From the NCBI GenBank assembly GCA_044229975.1, contig JBGARZ010000013.1:192001-256000 (forward strand): a DNA stretch of 64,000 nucleotides, read 5' to 3'. This stretch comes from Polyangiales bacterium. GTDB lineage: Bacteria > Myxococcota_A > Polyangia > Polyangiales > Ga0077539. Under the pieces are notes generated by a model that was not told the origin of the DNA, searched no databases, and saw only the letters and a program-made list of their open reading frames with translations. The translations under genes were made by a program, and so were the position numbers. Below are positions 39,472-49,179 of the stretch, piece after piece (the stretch's first letter is position 1; each line of letters starts with the position of its first letter).

Positions 39472-41109
39472 ATGACACGCCGCGGAACGACGCACACGCC
39501 CCCATGGCACCAGAGACTCACGCTCTACCTCGCTGCGTCCTTCGCGCTGCACGGTGCGGTGCTTGTGGTTCGTCCCCCGGCGGTGCGGCTCCCGACGATC
39601 CCGGTGGTCATCAACCAGACCGTCGAACTCGGCCTGGAGACCGCGCGCCCCGCGACCGCGCCGACCCCGACTCCTGCCCCGCCGACACCCGCGCCACCCG
39701 CCGAGCCCGCGCGTCCGACGCCCCCGCGGCCGCGCGCTGAGCCACGCCCGCCGCGGGTCATCGCGCCTCGCCCCGTCGCGCTCCCGGAGCCTCCTCCGAC
39801 CAACCTGCACGAGCCCACGCTCATCCGCGAGCCCGACCAGATGCTGGTGGTGCGAGACCGCGATGCGGACGTTGATGTGTTGCTCGCGAGCGCCGACGCG
39901 GGCTCGATGGAAGACGTCGCGCTGGCCAGCGCCGACGCTGGATCGATGGACGACGTCGCCCTCGCGCTCGCCGACGCGGGCCTGACGGAAGACGCTCCGA
40001 GCGCGCTCGCGCTCAACGACGCGGGCACTGCGGCCGACGTCGAGCCGGGCGCCCTGCCGACGATGGCCGAGGCCGCAGGCGCGATGGCGGCGGCGGTACC
40101 CGAGGGAGCGGTGGTGACGCTGCTGCTGCGCACCGATCGACTGCGCGAGAGCCCGCACGCGGCGCGGGTGTCGGGCCTGCTCGAAGGCATCCGCGACTGG
40201 CAGGCCGTGCTCGGCGGAACGGAGCTCGACCCCATCCGTGACTTCAACGCCGTGCTGCTCGCGAGCGCCAACCCCATCGGCACGCGGGGCTCACCGCCCG
40301 ACCTCATGGCCATCGTCCGCACCCACGCGCGGCGCGACTTCCTGCGGGCCTCGGTCGAGCAGATGGCGGGCGTTCGCACCAACACCCCGTCGGGCCAGCT
40401 CCCCTCTGACGCCGGAACGCTCCGCGACCACTTCTCGCGTCCCGACGCGAGCGCACTGCCCCGCCCCACGCGCTCCATCTGGACGCGTCGCAACGGCGTC
40501 GAGACCACCACCGTCGACCGCTACATCGGTCCGACCTCGGTGGCGCTTCTGCAGGACGACCTCGCGGTCTTCGCGTCGCCCAACCGCCTCCCAACGTTGC
40601 TCTCGGTGCTCGGCGGACAGACCGCCATCGCGAGCGCCCTCCCCCGCACCGACGACGCTGGTCACGGCCCTCGCCTCGTCGCGCTGCTCACGGCCCACGG
40701 CGTCCGCAACCTGATGTCCGTCCCGACGGCAGCGGGTCGCGGCAACCCCGTCCCGACGGCCGTCGACCTCTCGCTACAGGCCACGCGCAACGCCAGCGGA
40801 ACCGACGATGGCGGCGCCATCCTGCGCTCGACCTGGCGCTACGACTCGCCCGAGCAGGCGGCCTCGGCGCGACGGCTCGTCGAGGTGTTCATCCTCGACG
40901 TGCAGGACACCATCAACCAGTTTGCAGGAACGGTGCAGGGCCGCCTCGCGACGAGCACGGGCATCGTGCGACTGCCGCTGCTGCGCCGCGCGCTCACCCG
41001 CCTGTCGGCGACGACGGAGGGGTCGACGGTGCGCCTCGACGCGACGCTCGACCGCGACGAGGTGGGCGAGCTGCTCAACGTCCAACGATTCTCGGGGCTG
41101 CTCCAATGA
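39472..41109 (+). CDS. Membrane-anchored hypothetical protein with Pro-rich linker and short ADAG repeats
   Basis: N-terminal TM segment (LYLAASFALHGAVLVV), Pro-rich stretch, repeats VALASADAGSM, globular C-terminus; overlaps the next gene (ATGA). Confidence 0.7.
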   Translation: MTRRGTTHTPPWHQRLTLYLAASFALHGAVLVVRPPAVRLPTIPVVINQTVELGLETARPATAPTPTPAPPTPAPPAEPARPTPPRPRAEPRPPRVIAPRPVALPEPPPTNLHEPTLIREPDQMLVVRDRDADVDVLLASADAGSMEDVALASADAGSMDDVALALADAGLTEDAPSALALNDAGTAADVEPGALPTMAEAAGAMAAAVPEGAVVTLLLRTDRLRESPHAARVSGLLEGIRDWQAVLGGTELDPIRDFNAVLLASANPIGTRGSPPDLMAIVRTHARRDFLRASVEQMAGVRTNTPSGQLPSDAGTLRDHFSRPDASALPRPTRSIWTRRNGVETTTVDRYIGPTSVALLQDDLAVFASPNRLPTLLSVLGGQTAIASALPRTDDAGHGPRLVALLTAHGVRNLMSVPTAAGRGNPVPTAVDLSLQATRNASGTDDGGAILRSTWRYDSPEQAASARRLVEVFILDVQDTINQFAGTVQGRLATSTGIVRLPLLRRALTRLSATTEGSTVRLDATLDRDEVGELLNVQRFSGLLQ

Positions 41110-41483
41110 CGAAGACGGTGGTGCGGTGGTTGGTCGCGATCGCGATGGTGGTGGTCGGCGTGATGCACTTCGTCGACCCGACGCCCTTCGTGCGCATCGT
41201 GCCGGCGGTGCTTCCGGCGAAGCTCTGGCTGGTGTGGATCAGCGGCGTCGCGGAGATCGCGGGCGGCCTCGGGCTGCTGGTTCCGCGCACGCGACGATGG
41301 GCGGGCTACGGGCTCATCGCGCTCTACGTCGCGGTGTTTCCGGCCAACATCAACATGGCGATCAACCACATCCAGATGGGCGAGCAGCCGCTGCCCGCGT
41401 GGGCGCCGTGGGCGCGGCTACCGTTCCAGGCGGTGTTCATCGCGCTGGTGTGGTGGGTGTCGCGCGACGACGAGAAGCGCTGA
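41106..41483 (+). CDS. DoxX-like membrane protein
   Basis: GVMHF, SGVAEIAGG, VFPANINMA, WARLPFQ. Confidence 0.85.
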   Translation: MTKTVVRWLVAIAMVVVGVMHFVDPTPFVRIVPAVLPAKLWLVWISGVAEIAGGLGLLVPRTRRWAGYGLIALYVAVFPANINMAINHIQMGEQPLPAWAPWARLPFQAVFIALVWWVSRDDEKR

Positions 41484-41488
41484 CGGTT

Positions 41489-42574
41489 TCAGCCGGGGCG
41501 TAGCGATTCGAGCACGCGGAGGAAGTTGCCGCCGAGCACCTTGCGGATGCGGGTGTCGGACCATCCGCGGTCGAGCATGGCCTGCACGAGCTTGGGGAGT
41601 TCGAGGCAGGTGCGCATGTCGACGGGCGGAACGATCATCCCGTCCCAGTCGCTGCCGAGCGAGACGTGGTCTTCGCCGACGGTGTCGACGACGTGCGCGA
41701 TGTGCTTCACCACGGAGCTCATCTTCCCGCTGAAGTTCGGGTCTCCGAGGAAGCTCGACTGGTACATGATGCCGACGGTTCCGCCGAGGTCGGCGATGGC
41801 GCGGAGCTGCTCGTCGTCGAGGTTGCGCCAATGCGGCGTGACGCCCGTGACGCCCGTGTGCGTGACGATGGGCGACTGGGTCTTGTCGTGCACCGCGAGC
41901 GCGTCGAAGAAGCCCTTGCGCGAGATGTGCGCGAGGTCGACGAAGATCTTCCGCGCGTTGAGGGCGCGGACGTAATCGCGACCGCGGTCGGTGAGCCCGG
42001 TGTCGCCACCGACGCCGAGCGGTGAACTCGTCACGCCGAGCGGTGACGTCGACAGGTGCACCAGCGTGACGCGAAGCACGAGGTCGTCGGGGATGAGGTC
42101 GAGCGCGCTGCCGTCGGCGGCGTGATCGAGGGCGTTGCCCCCTTGGATGCCGATGAAGGCGGCGTGCTTTCCCTCGGCGCGGGCGGCGCGATACTCGCGG
42201 GCGTTGCGAACGACGGCGACGTCGTCGGAGGCGCGGGCGAGCTCGTCGCGCAGGCGGTTGATGTTGCGGACGAAGGTGTGCGCGCGGTCTTCGGACGATC
42301 GCGCGGGGTTGGTGGTGATGACCCAGGTGGCGCCGCTGACCTGGGCCTCACGGATGCGCGGGAGGTCGACCTGGCGGGCGAAGGCGGCGTTGAGGGGACC
42401 GGGCGTGTGCCGACGGGTGAGGTCGTAGCCGAAGATGCGGGTCCAGATGAACGAGTCGACGTGGAGGTCGACGACCTCCGAGTCGAGGTACAGCTGGATG
42501 GCTTCGGGGGAGATTCCGAGCGAGCGCGCCCAGGCCGCTGGGTCCTGGCGATGGTCGGTAAACGCTAGGCCCAT
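41489..42574 (-). CDS. Membrane dipeptidase (peptidase M19) family
   Basis: DLHVD, VDLPRIRE, VDLAH, THTG, RNLDDEQL, LGSDWDG, KVLGGNFLRVL. Confidence 0.9.
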   Translation of the reverse strand: MGLAFTDHRQDPAAWARSLGISPEAIQLYLDSEVVDLHVDSFIWTRIFGYDLTRRHTPGPLNAAFARQVDLPRIREAQVSGATWVITTNPARSSEDRAHTFVRNINRLRDELARASDDVAVVRNAREYRAARAEGKHAAFIGIQGGNALDHAADGSALDLIPDDLVLRVTLVHLSTSPLGVTSSPLGVGGDTGLTDRGRDYVRALNARKIFVDLAHISRKGFFDALAVHDKTQSPIVTHTGVTGVTPHWRNLDDEQLRAIADLGGTVGIMYQSSFLGDPNFSGKMSSVVKHIAHVVDTVGEDHVSLGSDWDGMIVPPVDMRTCLELPKLVQAMLDRGWSDTRIRKVLGGNFLRVLESLRPG

Positions 42575-42592
42575 GGTGGTGTTCTCGGTAGG

Positions 42593-43615
42593 TCAGCCCG
42601 CGGACTCGGGTGCGTCGGCCGGACCGTCGTCGGGTCCGTCATCGGGACCGTCGTCTGAGCCGCCCTCACCGCCCTCGGCGGAGGCTCCTTCGGCGGCGGC
42701 GCCGGGCTCGCCGGGCTTGCCATCGTGGTTCTTGCGACGACGACGGCGGCGCCGCTTGCGCTTGGGTGCATCACCCGTGGCGGCGTCCCCCGCAGCGGCG
42801 GGCGCGTCCCCCGCGGTCGCGTCGGTGGCGGCGGGCGCGTCGACGGCGGGCGCCTCGCTCGCGGCCGGAGCGGCGGGCGCAGCGTGGCGCTGCTCGTGCT
42901 GACCGCGGCCGGGATGGTTGTTGTTGTTGCGGCGCGGGCCGTCGTCGCTGGGGAAGTGGATGCGCGACCAGACGTCGGACGCGGGGAAGTTGCGGGCGAG
43001 CGCCTGGAGGGCGCGGCGCGAGCGAAACTTGTTGCGCGGGTTCCAGGTGTTGACCCACTCGGCGAAGCGGCGGAGCGCGTCGCGGTCGCGGTGGAGGTCG
43101 AGGGCGTTCCACCCGAGGAGGTCGCCGAGGCGCTGCACGAACGACTCGCGCTGGAAGGCTGCGGGCGTGGTGTGCAGGCTGCCGAAGGACTTCGGGTGGC
43201 GCAGCCAGGCGGCGAGGAGCTCGTCGACCATGGCGCTGTCGGTGCTGAGTTCGAGGAGGTTGGCGACCAGCACGGTCATGTGCGCGTGGAGCGCGGGCGT
43301 GGGGTCGGACACGAGCGCGATGGCCTGCACGACGACGCGCACGGCATCGATCCACGCGGGCTTGACGGCGGGGTCGCGGATGAGGGCGAAGACCGTGTTG
43401 AGGGTCTCGACGGCCGTCTCTTCGGCGGGGTGTTCGCCGCACCAGACGAGGGCGTCGAGGGCGATGGCGCGCTCCTGCGCAGGGTCGGGCGGCGCGGCGG
43501 GCTCGGCGTTGGCGGACTCGGCGACGGGCTCGGATGCGGCGTCGGCGTCGGGCTCGACGACGGGCTCGTTGGCGTCGGTGGTGGGGTCCGTCGGATCGGT
43601 GGGATCAGTGTGCAT
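42593..43615 (-). CDS. Hypothetical protein with acidic termini and a poly-Arg motif
   Basis: Strong GC3 bias, helical core, KRKRRRRRRRK low-complexity tail. Confidence 0.72.
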   Translation of the reverse strand: MHTDPTDPTDPTTDANEPVVEPDADAASEPVAESANAEPAAPPDPAQERAIALDALVWCGEHPAEETAVETLNTVFALIRDPAVKPAWIDAVRVVVQAIALVSDPTPALHAHMTVLVANLLELSTDSAMVDELLAAWLRHPKSFGSLHTTPAAFQRESFVQRLGDLLGWNALDLHRDRDALRRFAEWVNTWNPRNKFRSRRALQALARNFPASDVWSRIHFPSDDGPRRNNNNHPGRGQHEQRHAAPAAPAASEAPAVDAPAATDATAGDAPAAAGDAATGDAPKRKRRRRRRRKNHDGKPGEPGAAAEGASAEGGEGGSDDGPDDGPDDGPADAPESAG

Positions 43616-43659
43616 AAGGTCCTGAGTGGGGGGACGCAGGGTGCGGAACGGCGGGACGC

Positions 43660-43665
43660 TTGACA
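43660..43665 (+). promoter_or_regulatory. Candidate sigma70 -35 box for tRNA-Gly
   Basis: Perfect TTGACA about 55 bp upstream of the tRNA; no clear -10 box. Confidence 0.35.
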
Positions 43666-43720
43666 AGCGCCGAAACGCCGTGACACAAGGTTTGTCCCTC
43701 GGCGCTCTGCTTCGAGGGCC

Positions 43721-43792
43721 GCGGGCGTAATTCAGCGGTAGAATGTCAGCTTCCCAAGCTGAACGTCGCCGGTTCGATCCCGGTCGCCCGCT
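43721..43792 (+). tRNA. tRNA-Gly (anticodon CCC)
   Basis: Acceptor stem GCGGGCG/CGCCCGC, anticodon stem TCAGC-TTCCCAA-GCTGA, T-loop GTTCGATCC, U discriminator; followed by CCG rather than CCA. Confidence 0.96.
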
Positions 43793-43806
43793 CCGAAGAT
43801 TCCTCT

Positions 43807-45117
43807 CTACTTTCGGCCCGTTGCGAGCTTAGCTCCAGCGGGCCGATCTTGGTTCTGGGGGTTCTTCACACCCCGCTTCACACCCCGACGGCCGTCGGGG
43901 CGAGCCATCGCCTCGCGCGCCCCGGCGAGGTCGACCACCTTCGCCAAGCCCGCGCGCTGCTCGGCCTCGGCGGGGCTGCTGTAGTGCTCCTGCATCGCCT
44001 CGGTGTGGTGCCCCGAGATCGACCGCGTGACCACGTTGGTGATCTCGGCGGCGCGCGCCAGGTCCTGGAACGTCCGCCGCATCGCGCGCGGCGTGATCTT
44101 CTTCCTCAGCCCCAGCGCCTTGTGGACGGCGGCGAAGGGCTTGGCCAGCACCGACGCGGCGCGGAACTTCCCCTGGCGCGACGGGAAGAGCAGTTCGCTC
44201 TCCTCCATCTTGCCCTCGGGCAGTTCGTCGGCGTGGCGGCGCAGGATGTCGACCAGCTCCTTCGGCACCGCGATGCGCTGCCGGTTGCCGGTCTTGGTGG
44301 TGTTCATCACCTCGTCGGTGCGGGTGTGCGAGCGGCGAACCAGCAGCACCCCCTCGTCCCACAGGACGTCGGCGTTGGGGCCCTGGCGGCGCAAGGCCCG
44401 CAACGACGAGGGCCTGAGCCCCGTCGCGAGGCCCAACACCACCATGGCGAAGTGCTGCGGGTAGAGCTCGTTCATCTTCTTGAGGAACGCCCGCCCCTCC
44501 TCCACGGTGAGCGCGTTGGGCTCCTCGTGGGTGTAGGCCGGGTGCTCCGAGGTGTCGAAGGGCTCGACCCCGGCGATGGGGTTCCGCTCCAGCTCGAACT
44601 CGTGCACCGCGGCGTTGAGGATCGACCGCAGCGCGCTGAACCAACTGTTGGCCGTGTGCGGGCTCAACGTGTCGGCCTTGATCCGCTTGGCGACGTCCGC
44701 CTTCCAGGCGATCACGTCCGCCCGGCGGATCGCGTCGACCTGGAGCCGGCCGAAGGTCGGGAAGAGGTGCTTCCTCATCACCGACGCGAACACCACGCGG
44801 CTGTGGGCGCCCTTCATGGTGCCGTCAGCGATCTTTCGTTCCATGAGCGAGACGCTGTAGACGCTGAAGGACGGCAGGGTCTGCACCTGCGTCCCCTGCC
44901 GGAGGCGCTGCTGCTCGTCCTCCAACCACGCCCGCGCTTCGAGGGCCGTGGCCACGTCGAGCGCCTTGAGGATCTGGTGCTGCTTGCCGGTGCGCGGGTC
45001 GGTCACCTTCCCGCGCACGACGAAGCCCAGGCTTTCCTCCCTCTTCCACACGCCGGGCAGCACCGGCTTCGCGCTGATCTTGAACCGCCATCGAGTCACC
45101 CACTTCGTTGCAGTCAT
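43807..45117 (-). CDS. Tyrosine recombinase/phage-type integrase
   Basis: TGLRPSSL (R), TKTG (K), PRAMRRTF (R), ISGH (H), MQEHY (Y); SAM-like core-binding domain; RBS GGAGG before ATG 45117. Confidence 0.92.
   Translation of the reverse strand: MTATKWVTRWRFKISAKPVLPGVWKREESLGFVVRGKVTDPRTGKQHQILKALDVATALEARAWLEDEQQRLRQGTQVQTLPSFSVYSVSLMERKIADGTMKGAHSRVVFASVMRKHLFPTFGRLQVDAIRRADVIAWKADVAKRIKADTLSPHTANSWFSALRSILNAAVHEFELERNPIAGVEPFDTSEHPAYTHEEPNALTVEEGRAFLKKMNELYPQHFAMVVLGLATGLRPSSLRALRRQGPNADVLWDEGVLLVRRSHTRTDEVMNTTKTGNRQRIAVPKELVDILRRHADELPEGKMEESELLFPSRQGKFRAASVLAKPFAAVHKALGLRKKITPRAMRRTFQDLARAAEITNVVTRSISGHHTEAMQEHYSSPAEAEQRAGLAKVVDLAGAREAMARPDGRRGVKRGVKNPQNQDRPAGAKLATGRK
43864..43887. repeat. 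Tandem 12-bp direct repeat, candidate integrase arm-type sites
   Basis: CTTCACACCCCG at 43864-43875 and 43876-43887. Confidence 0.6.
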
Positions 45118-45376
45118 CGGCTCGTCCTCCGTCGTCGTTGGAGGGCGCCGCCGTTGGTCCGGCGGGCACCATAGCGTCCGGCGAGGCGCCGCGCATGAAG
45201 GCCAGGACGGCCGATCGCTCGAAGACCATCGTGCCCTTGCCGCCGCGGCGGCCGGCGGGCACGAGGCGCTTCTCCATGACGGCCTTGCGGATCGCGCCGG
45301 TCGTCTTGTAGCGGCAGATATCCGCTGCCTCGCGGGTTGTGAGCAGCGCGGCGACCGTCTCGATGGGCTCACTCAT
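44825..45376 (-). CDS. Excisionase-like HTH protein (HTH_17/MerR-like N-terminus)
   Basis: LLTTREAADICRY..TGAIRKAV..KRL..AGRRGG...VFERSAVLAFM. Immediately upstream of the integrase; its tail overlaps the integrase in another frame. Confidence 0.72.
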   Translation of the reverse strand: MSEPIETVAALLTTREAADICRYKTTGAIRKAVMEKRLVPAGRRGGKGTMVFERSAVLAFMRGASPDAMVPAGPTAAPSNDDGGRADDCNEVGDSMAVQDQREAGAARRVEEGGKPGLRRAREGDRPAHRQAAPDPQGARRGHGPRSAGVVGGRAAAPPAGDAGADPAVLQRLQRLAHGTKDR

Positions 45377-45940
45377 CGAAGCCCTCGTCCGGCGTCGAGG
45401 GTGGCCCCGCGGTCGCTCGGTCGGATGCAGCGCACCCTCGCTGGCACGGCCCCAGGGACCTCACTGAAGCGAGCCGTCTGCCCCGCGCGCTGACGATGGG
45501 CTCACCTCAACGCGGTTGTCGTAGACCCCATGCCGCCGGCGGGGCTTGGAGGGGTCGCGCGACGCCTTCGCGTCGCCCGACGACTCTGGGCCTCCTGGGC
45601 CGTCGTCGTACGGCGCAGCCACAGAGTTTGTCTCGGTGCCGGGGGTGATCGAGTCCTGCCTGTTCTTGGTCATCGGGTGCCCTGTGAGATGAGAGATAGC
45701 GTTCCCAGCGAGATCGCGTGCCGGCCCACCGCACCGTGCGTTGAGGGTGTAGGGGGCTCGGTGTCGGCCGCAGTGCCGACGTGGCGCGGGGGGCGCCACA
45801 AATCGCATGGGGTGACATCTCACGCCGCCGGACGCCGGCACGCCCTCGATCGCGCTGCTTTCCCTCCGTTGGCAGGGTTTCTCTGCTCGGATGAAATCGA
45901 CGACCACCCCGAGAATCTCTCCGGAGCCGTGGGCGGCGAT

Positions 45941-45955
45941 TTGTAACCGTTACAA
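45941..45955. promoter_or_regulatory. AT-rich palindrome, candidate operator
   Basis: TTGTAAC-C-GTTACAA, upstream of the xis-int genes. Confidence 0.5.
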
Positions 45956-45969
45956 TCGAGGCTGCGGCC

Positions 45970-47550
45970 TCACTCGACCTTGAACACAGGCAGCCACGCT
46001 CCCTGGCCGGCGTCGAACTTGATGCCGTCCGGCTCCAGGTCGAAGAACCGCGCCAAATCCCGCCGTAGACCGTAGACCGGTGCAGAATCCCTGGGCTCCA
46101 TCAGCACTCCCTCGCCGAGCAGTTTGGCCAACAGATCCTCCGACGCGACCGAGGTGACCACCGCCTTCAAGCGGAAGACCTCCCCAGCCCCCTGCGTCTC
46201 CGGCGTGCGTCCGCTGGCTGCGTCCTGTCGACCCTCGTCGTGCGGATGCCGAACCGTGACCTCGATCATTTCCTCCCACGCGCTCCGCTGAAGCCGGACA
46301 ATCAGGTCTGACCACGTCACCCCTACCGGCGTCCGGAAGCACGGGTCTGGGAGAGAGGTGATCTGAAACCGGAACCGGTAGGCCCTACCGTTGTTGGCGA
46401 TGCGCTGGGGCCCCTTCGGCACGCTTAAGATGGGGTCGCACTTCGTGCTCGGGACCGAGGGGAAGAGCCGTCGCAGGCGGGGGCGGAGCCGGCTCATCGG
46501 CTCCCTCGACATCGCTGGCGGTTTCCCCGCCGGACGGCCGCGCCCCCCGCTCGTGCCCTCGGTCGATGGCGATGGCGACGCAGCGCTCGCGACTTCCACC
46601 AGCAGTCTCCACAGTTTCGTGACCTCACCGGAACCCTCGTCCCGTCGGCCGTCAGCGAAGCCCGCCTCCGCGAAGTGCCGCCAGTGCCGCTCGCCTTGGA
46701 TCCGGGCGCACAAGTGCTTCTCGCCGACTCGAACATGGATGGCCTCCCACACGGTTCCTTCGGGAGTCGGGATGGGCCGGACGCGGCCCCGCGGCTGGGG
46801 GGCCGCAATCGCCGGGGTCACCGTGAGCGACGGCGATGGGGTGCCCCCCTCGCGTCTCACGAAGCCCGCCCCTGTCCACTGGAGCAGGTCGTTAAGCAGC
46901 AGCATCTCCGAACTGCGCGCGGTTGCGAGATCCGGCGCCACGGTGCCGAGCACCACCCCGACGACGCGGTCGAACCCCCCGGCGGCGTGCCCCGCCGTGT
47001 TCATGATGCGGTCAGCACCCTCCCAGGCGGGCCCGCGGATCAGAAATACGTCACGGTGCGGCGGCCCCGGCTCGGTGCCGAGGTGGAACAACCTCCCAGG
47101 GTCGAGCTCCCTCACCCGCCCGCGGGTCCCCAGGAGCGTTGCGGTCACCTTCGCCAACACTGGGAGGTCCACCTCCCAGAGCCGCACGAGGTTCGGCGTG
47201 ATCTCGCGGGTCTCTCCGTTGCGAGGACAGTGCGCAACCGCGCTCACGATGACGCCATCCGCCCGGTCGAGCACCACTGTGGCCCAGCACCAATCGCGGT
47301 CTGGATCCTCGGCGTACGGCTGGTACACCCCGCCCGGATCCCGTTGCTGCAACAACTGCGTGAGCTGCTTGTCGTACCGTGGGCGGCACACGGGGCAGTG
47401 AATCTTGCCGAGAGGCTCGACTTCGCGAACGACGCGTAGCGCGGCCCAGTGATTGAGGATGTTGAGGCCGACGTGAACTGCATCCTCGGGCCAGATCCGG
47501 GGGTCGTGCTCAGCGGCGCATCGACAGAGTAGGGCGGCGGCGTCGACCAT
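45970..47550 (-). CDS. Hypothetical element protein with N-terminal Cys cluster and duplicated TP.G..W domain
   Basis: Long ORF; HCPVC...WC...HCP; repeated PTPEGTVWEAIHVRV / RTPVGVTWSDLIVRL. Start could be 47592. Confidence 0.7.
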   Translation of the reverse strand: MVDAAALLCRCAAEHDPRIWPEDAVHVGLNILNHWAALRVVREVEPLGKIHCPVCRPRYDKQLTQLLQQRDPGGVYQPYAEDPDRDWCWATVVLDRADGVIVSAVAHCPRNGETREITPNLVRLWEVDLPVLAKVTATLLGTRGRVRELDPGRLFHLGTEPGPPHRDVFLIRGPAWEGADRIMNTAGHAAGGFDRVVGVVLGTVAPDLATARSSEMLLLNDLLQWTGAGFVRREGGTPSPSLTVTPAIAAPQPRGRVRPIPTPEGTVWEAIHVRVGEKHLCARIQGERHWRHFAEAGFADGRRDEGSGEVTKLWRLLVEVASAASPSPSTEGTSGGRGRPAGKPPAMSREPMSRLRPRLRRLFPSVPSTKCDPILSVPKGPQRIANNGRAYRFRFQITSLPDPCFRTPVGVTWSDLIVRLQRSAWEEMIEVTVRHPHDEGRQDAASGRTPETQGAGEVFRLKAVVTSVASEDLLAKLLGEGVLMEPRDSAPVYGLRRDLARFFDLEPDGIKFDAGQGAWLPVFKVE

Positions 47551-47762
47551 CGGCGTAGAGATCCTCGCGGCGGGGCCGACGATCGCTCTCACGGCCAGTG
47601 CACGATCGCAACCGCCGTCGCGGGCGACCGGTCCTCCGCGCCGTCGTTACCGGCCCTATGGCGGATGTCGCCGGACCAGAAACCCTCTGGTATTCCGGGT
47701 AAAAGAACATGGAGCGCAACGAGCGGCCCGCTGCCGCCCGCGCTCTAGAAGGAGCCCATCCC

Positions 47763-47897
47763 ATGAAGGACCTCGTCGAGTTCGTCCGCGCCGCCGTGGC
47801 CAACCACGGCCTCACCCTCACCAAGACCGTTCTCCGCTTCGGCGGCAAGACGGTCCGCCTCACGCTCCGCGTCGGCATCACCGACGACGCGGGCTGA
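47763..47897 (+). CDS. Small hypothetical protein (44 aa)
   Basis: RBS AAGGAG upstream; nearly all codons end in G/C. Confidence 0.55.
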   Translation: MKDLVEFVRAAVANHGLTLTKTVLRFGGKTVRLTLRVGITDDAG

Positions 47898-48021
47898 CCC
47901 ACCGACCGCCCGTCGCGCTCGGCCCGCCGCCCTACAGAAGTACGCCGTATTCCAGGCGTCTTGGGGGCGTCGTGCGTCCGCGGGCTCGGGCCCCAACCCA
48001 TTCACCCAGGAGTCCACAACC

Positions 48022-49179
48022 ATGCTCACGTTGCCCTCTCACGCCTCTCCGTCCGGCGCCTCCTCGCGCTTCGCCGCCGTCGCCCGCGACAAGCTCGGCG
48101 CCCTGATCGAGCGCGGTCGCACCCGCGCCGCCGCCGTGCTCGACCACGTCGAGCGCCACCAGCCCCGCGACCTCCTCGTCACCGCCGGGGAGCTCGCCTT
48201 CGAGCCCGACGCGGCGCGCCCCGGCGGGATCGTCGTCGTGCCCGACGAGGGCGTGACGATGCCGCTGCACCGCTTCGCGCTCGGCCAGGCCGCCGCCAAG
48301 GTGGGTCTGCCCCACGCCTACCTCGGGCGCCTGCTCGACCCCGAGCACCGGGCCTTCGGGCCCGAGCTGCTCGCCCACAGCCTGACGCGCCTCTACCGCG
48401 AGGGCCGCGCCGTCGCCGACGAGGAGGACGCGGGAGGCACCTTCCTCCTGCGCGCGCTCTCGCTCCCCGACCGCCGCGAGGTGCGGGGCTTCGTGAGCTC
48501 GCGCTTCCGGCGCCTCGACTCGCGCCCCGTCGTGGGGGCCTTCGCCCACGCCTGCCAGCAGATCGGCGCGGTGCCCGTCGAGGGCTACGCGCTCGACACC
48601 AAGATCGCGATCAAGGCCATCCTCGCGAAGGTCTACGAGCCCGTGCCCAACGAGGTGATGGTGTTCGGCATGGCGCTGGAGAACAGCGACTACGGCAACG
48701 GCGCCCTCCAGGTGTCGTTCTACTCGCTCCGGTTGGCCTGCGAGAACGGCCTCTTGATGGAGCGCTCGCTGCGTCGGGTCCACCTCGGAACCCGCCTCAC
48801 GGGTGACGTCGCGTGGAGCGCCCGCACGCTCGCGGCGGAGACCGAGGCGACGGCGGGCGCGGTGCACGATCTCGTCACGCGCCGCCTCAACGACCGCAAC
48901 ATCGCCGTCCTCCAGGACGGCATCCGCCGCGCGAACGACGAGCGAATCGAGCCCGCCCGCGTGCAGGACTTCCTCAAGAAGCACCTGCTCAAGGGGGAGG
49001 CCGAGGCCGTCGTCGCGGCGTTCAACTCGCCCGACGTCGAGAACATGCCCGCCGGGCAGACCCGCTGGCGCCTCGCGCAGGCGGTGAGCTGGATCGCGGG
49101 CAAGACCGAGGACGAGGAGCGCCGTCTCGACCTCATGCGCGTCGCGGGCAACCTCGTGCCGATGCCGGAGGCGGCGTGA
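48022..49179 (+). CDS. DUF932/DUF945-like (phage/plasmid LGT-associated) protein
   Basis: RGFVSSRFRRLD and FGMALENSDYGNGALQV...LRLACENGL...RRVHLG match the NS.DG..RL.C.NG pattern of this family; RBS AGGAG. Confidence 0.75.
   Translation: MLTLPSHASPSGASSRFAAVARDKLGALIERGRTRAAAVLDHVERHQPRDLLVTAGELAFEPDAARPGGIVVVPDEGVTMPLHRFALGQAAAKVGLPHAYLGRLLDPEHRAFGPELLAHSLTRLYREGRAVADEEDAGGTFLLRALSLPDRREVRGFVSSRFRRLDSRPVVGAFAHACQQIGAVPVEGYALDTKIAIKAILAKVYEPVPNEVMVFGMALENSDYGNGALQVSFYSLRLACENGLLMERSLRRVHLGTRLTGDVAWSARTLAAETEATAGAVHDLVTRRLNDRNIAVLQDGIRRANDERIEPARVQDFLKKHLLKGEAEAVVAAFNSPDVENMPAGQTRWRLAQAVSWIAGKTEDEERRLDLMRVAGNLVPMPEAA

Noticed and set aside
45461..45673. Small ORF MTKNRQDS... upstream of xis
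   Set aside because: Low complexity, no motif and weak RBS; may be real but cannot be supported.
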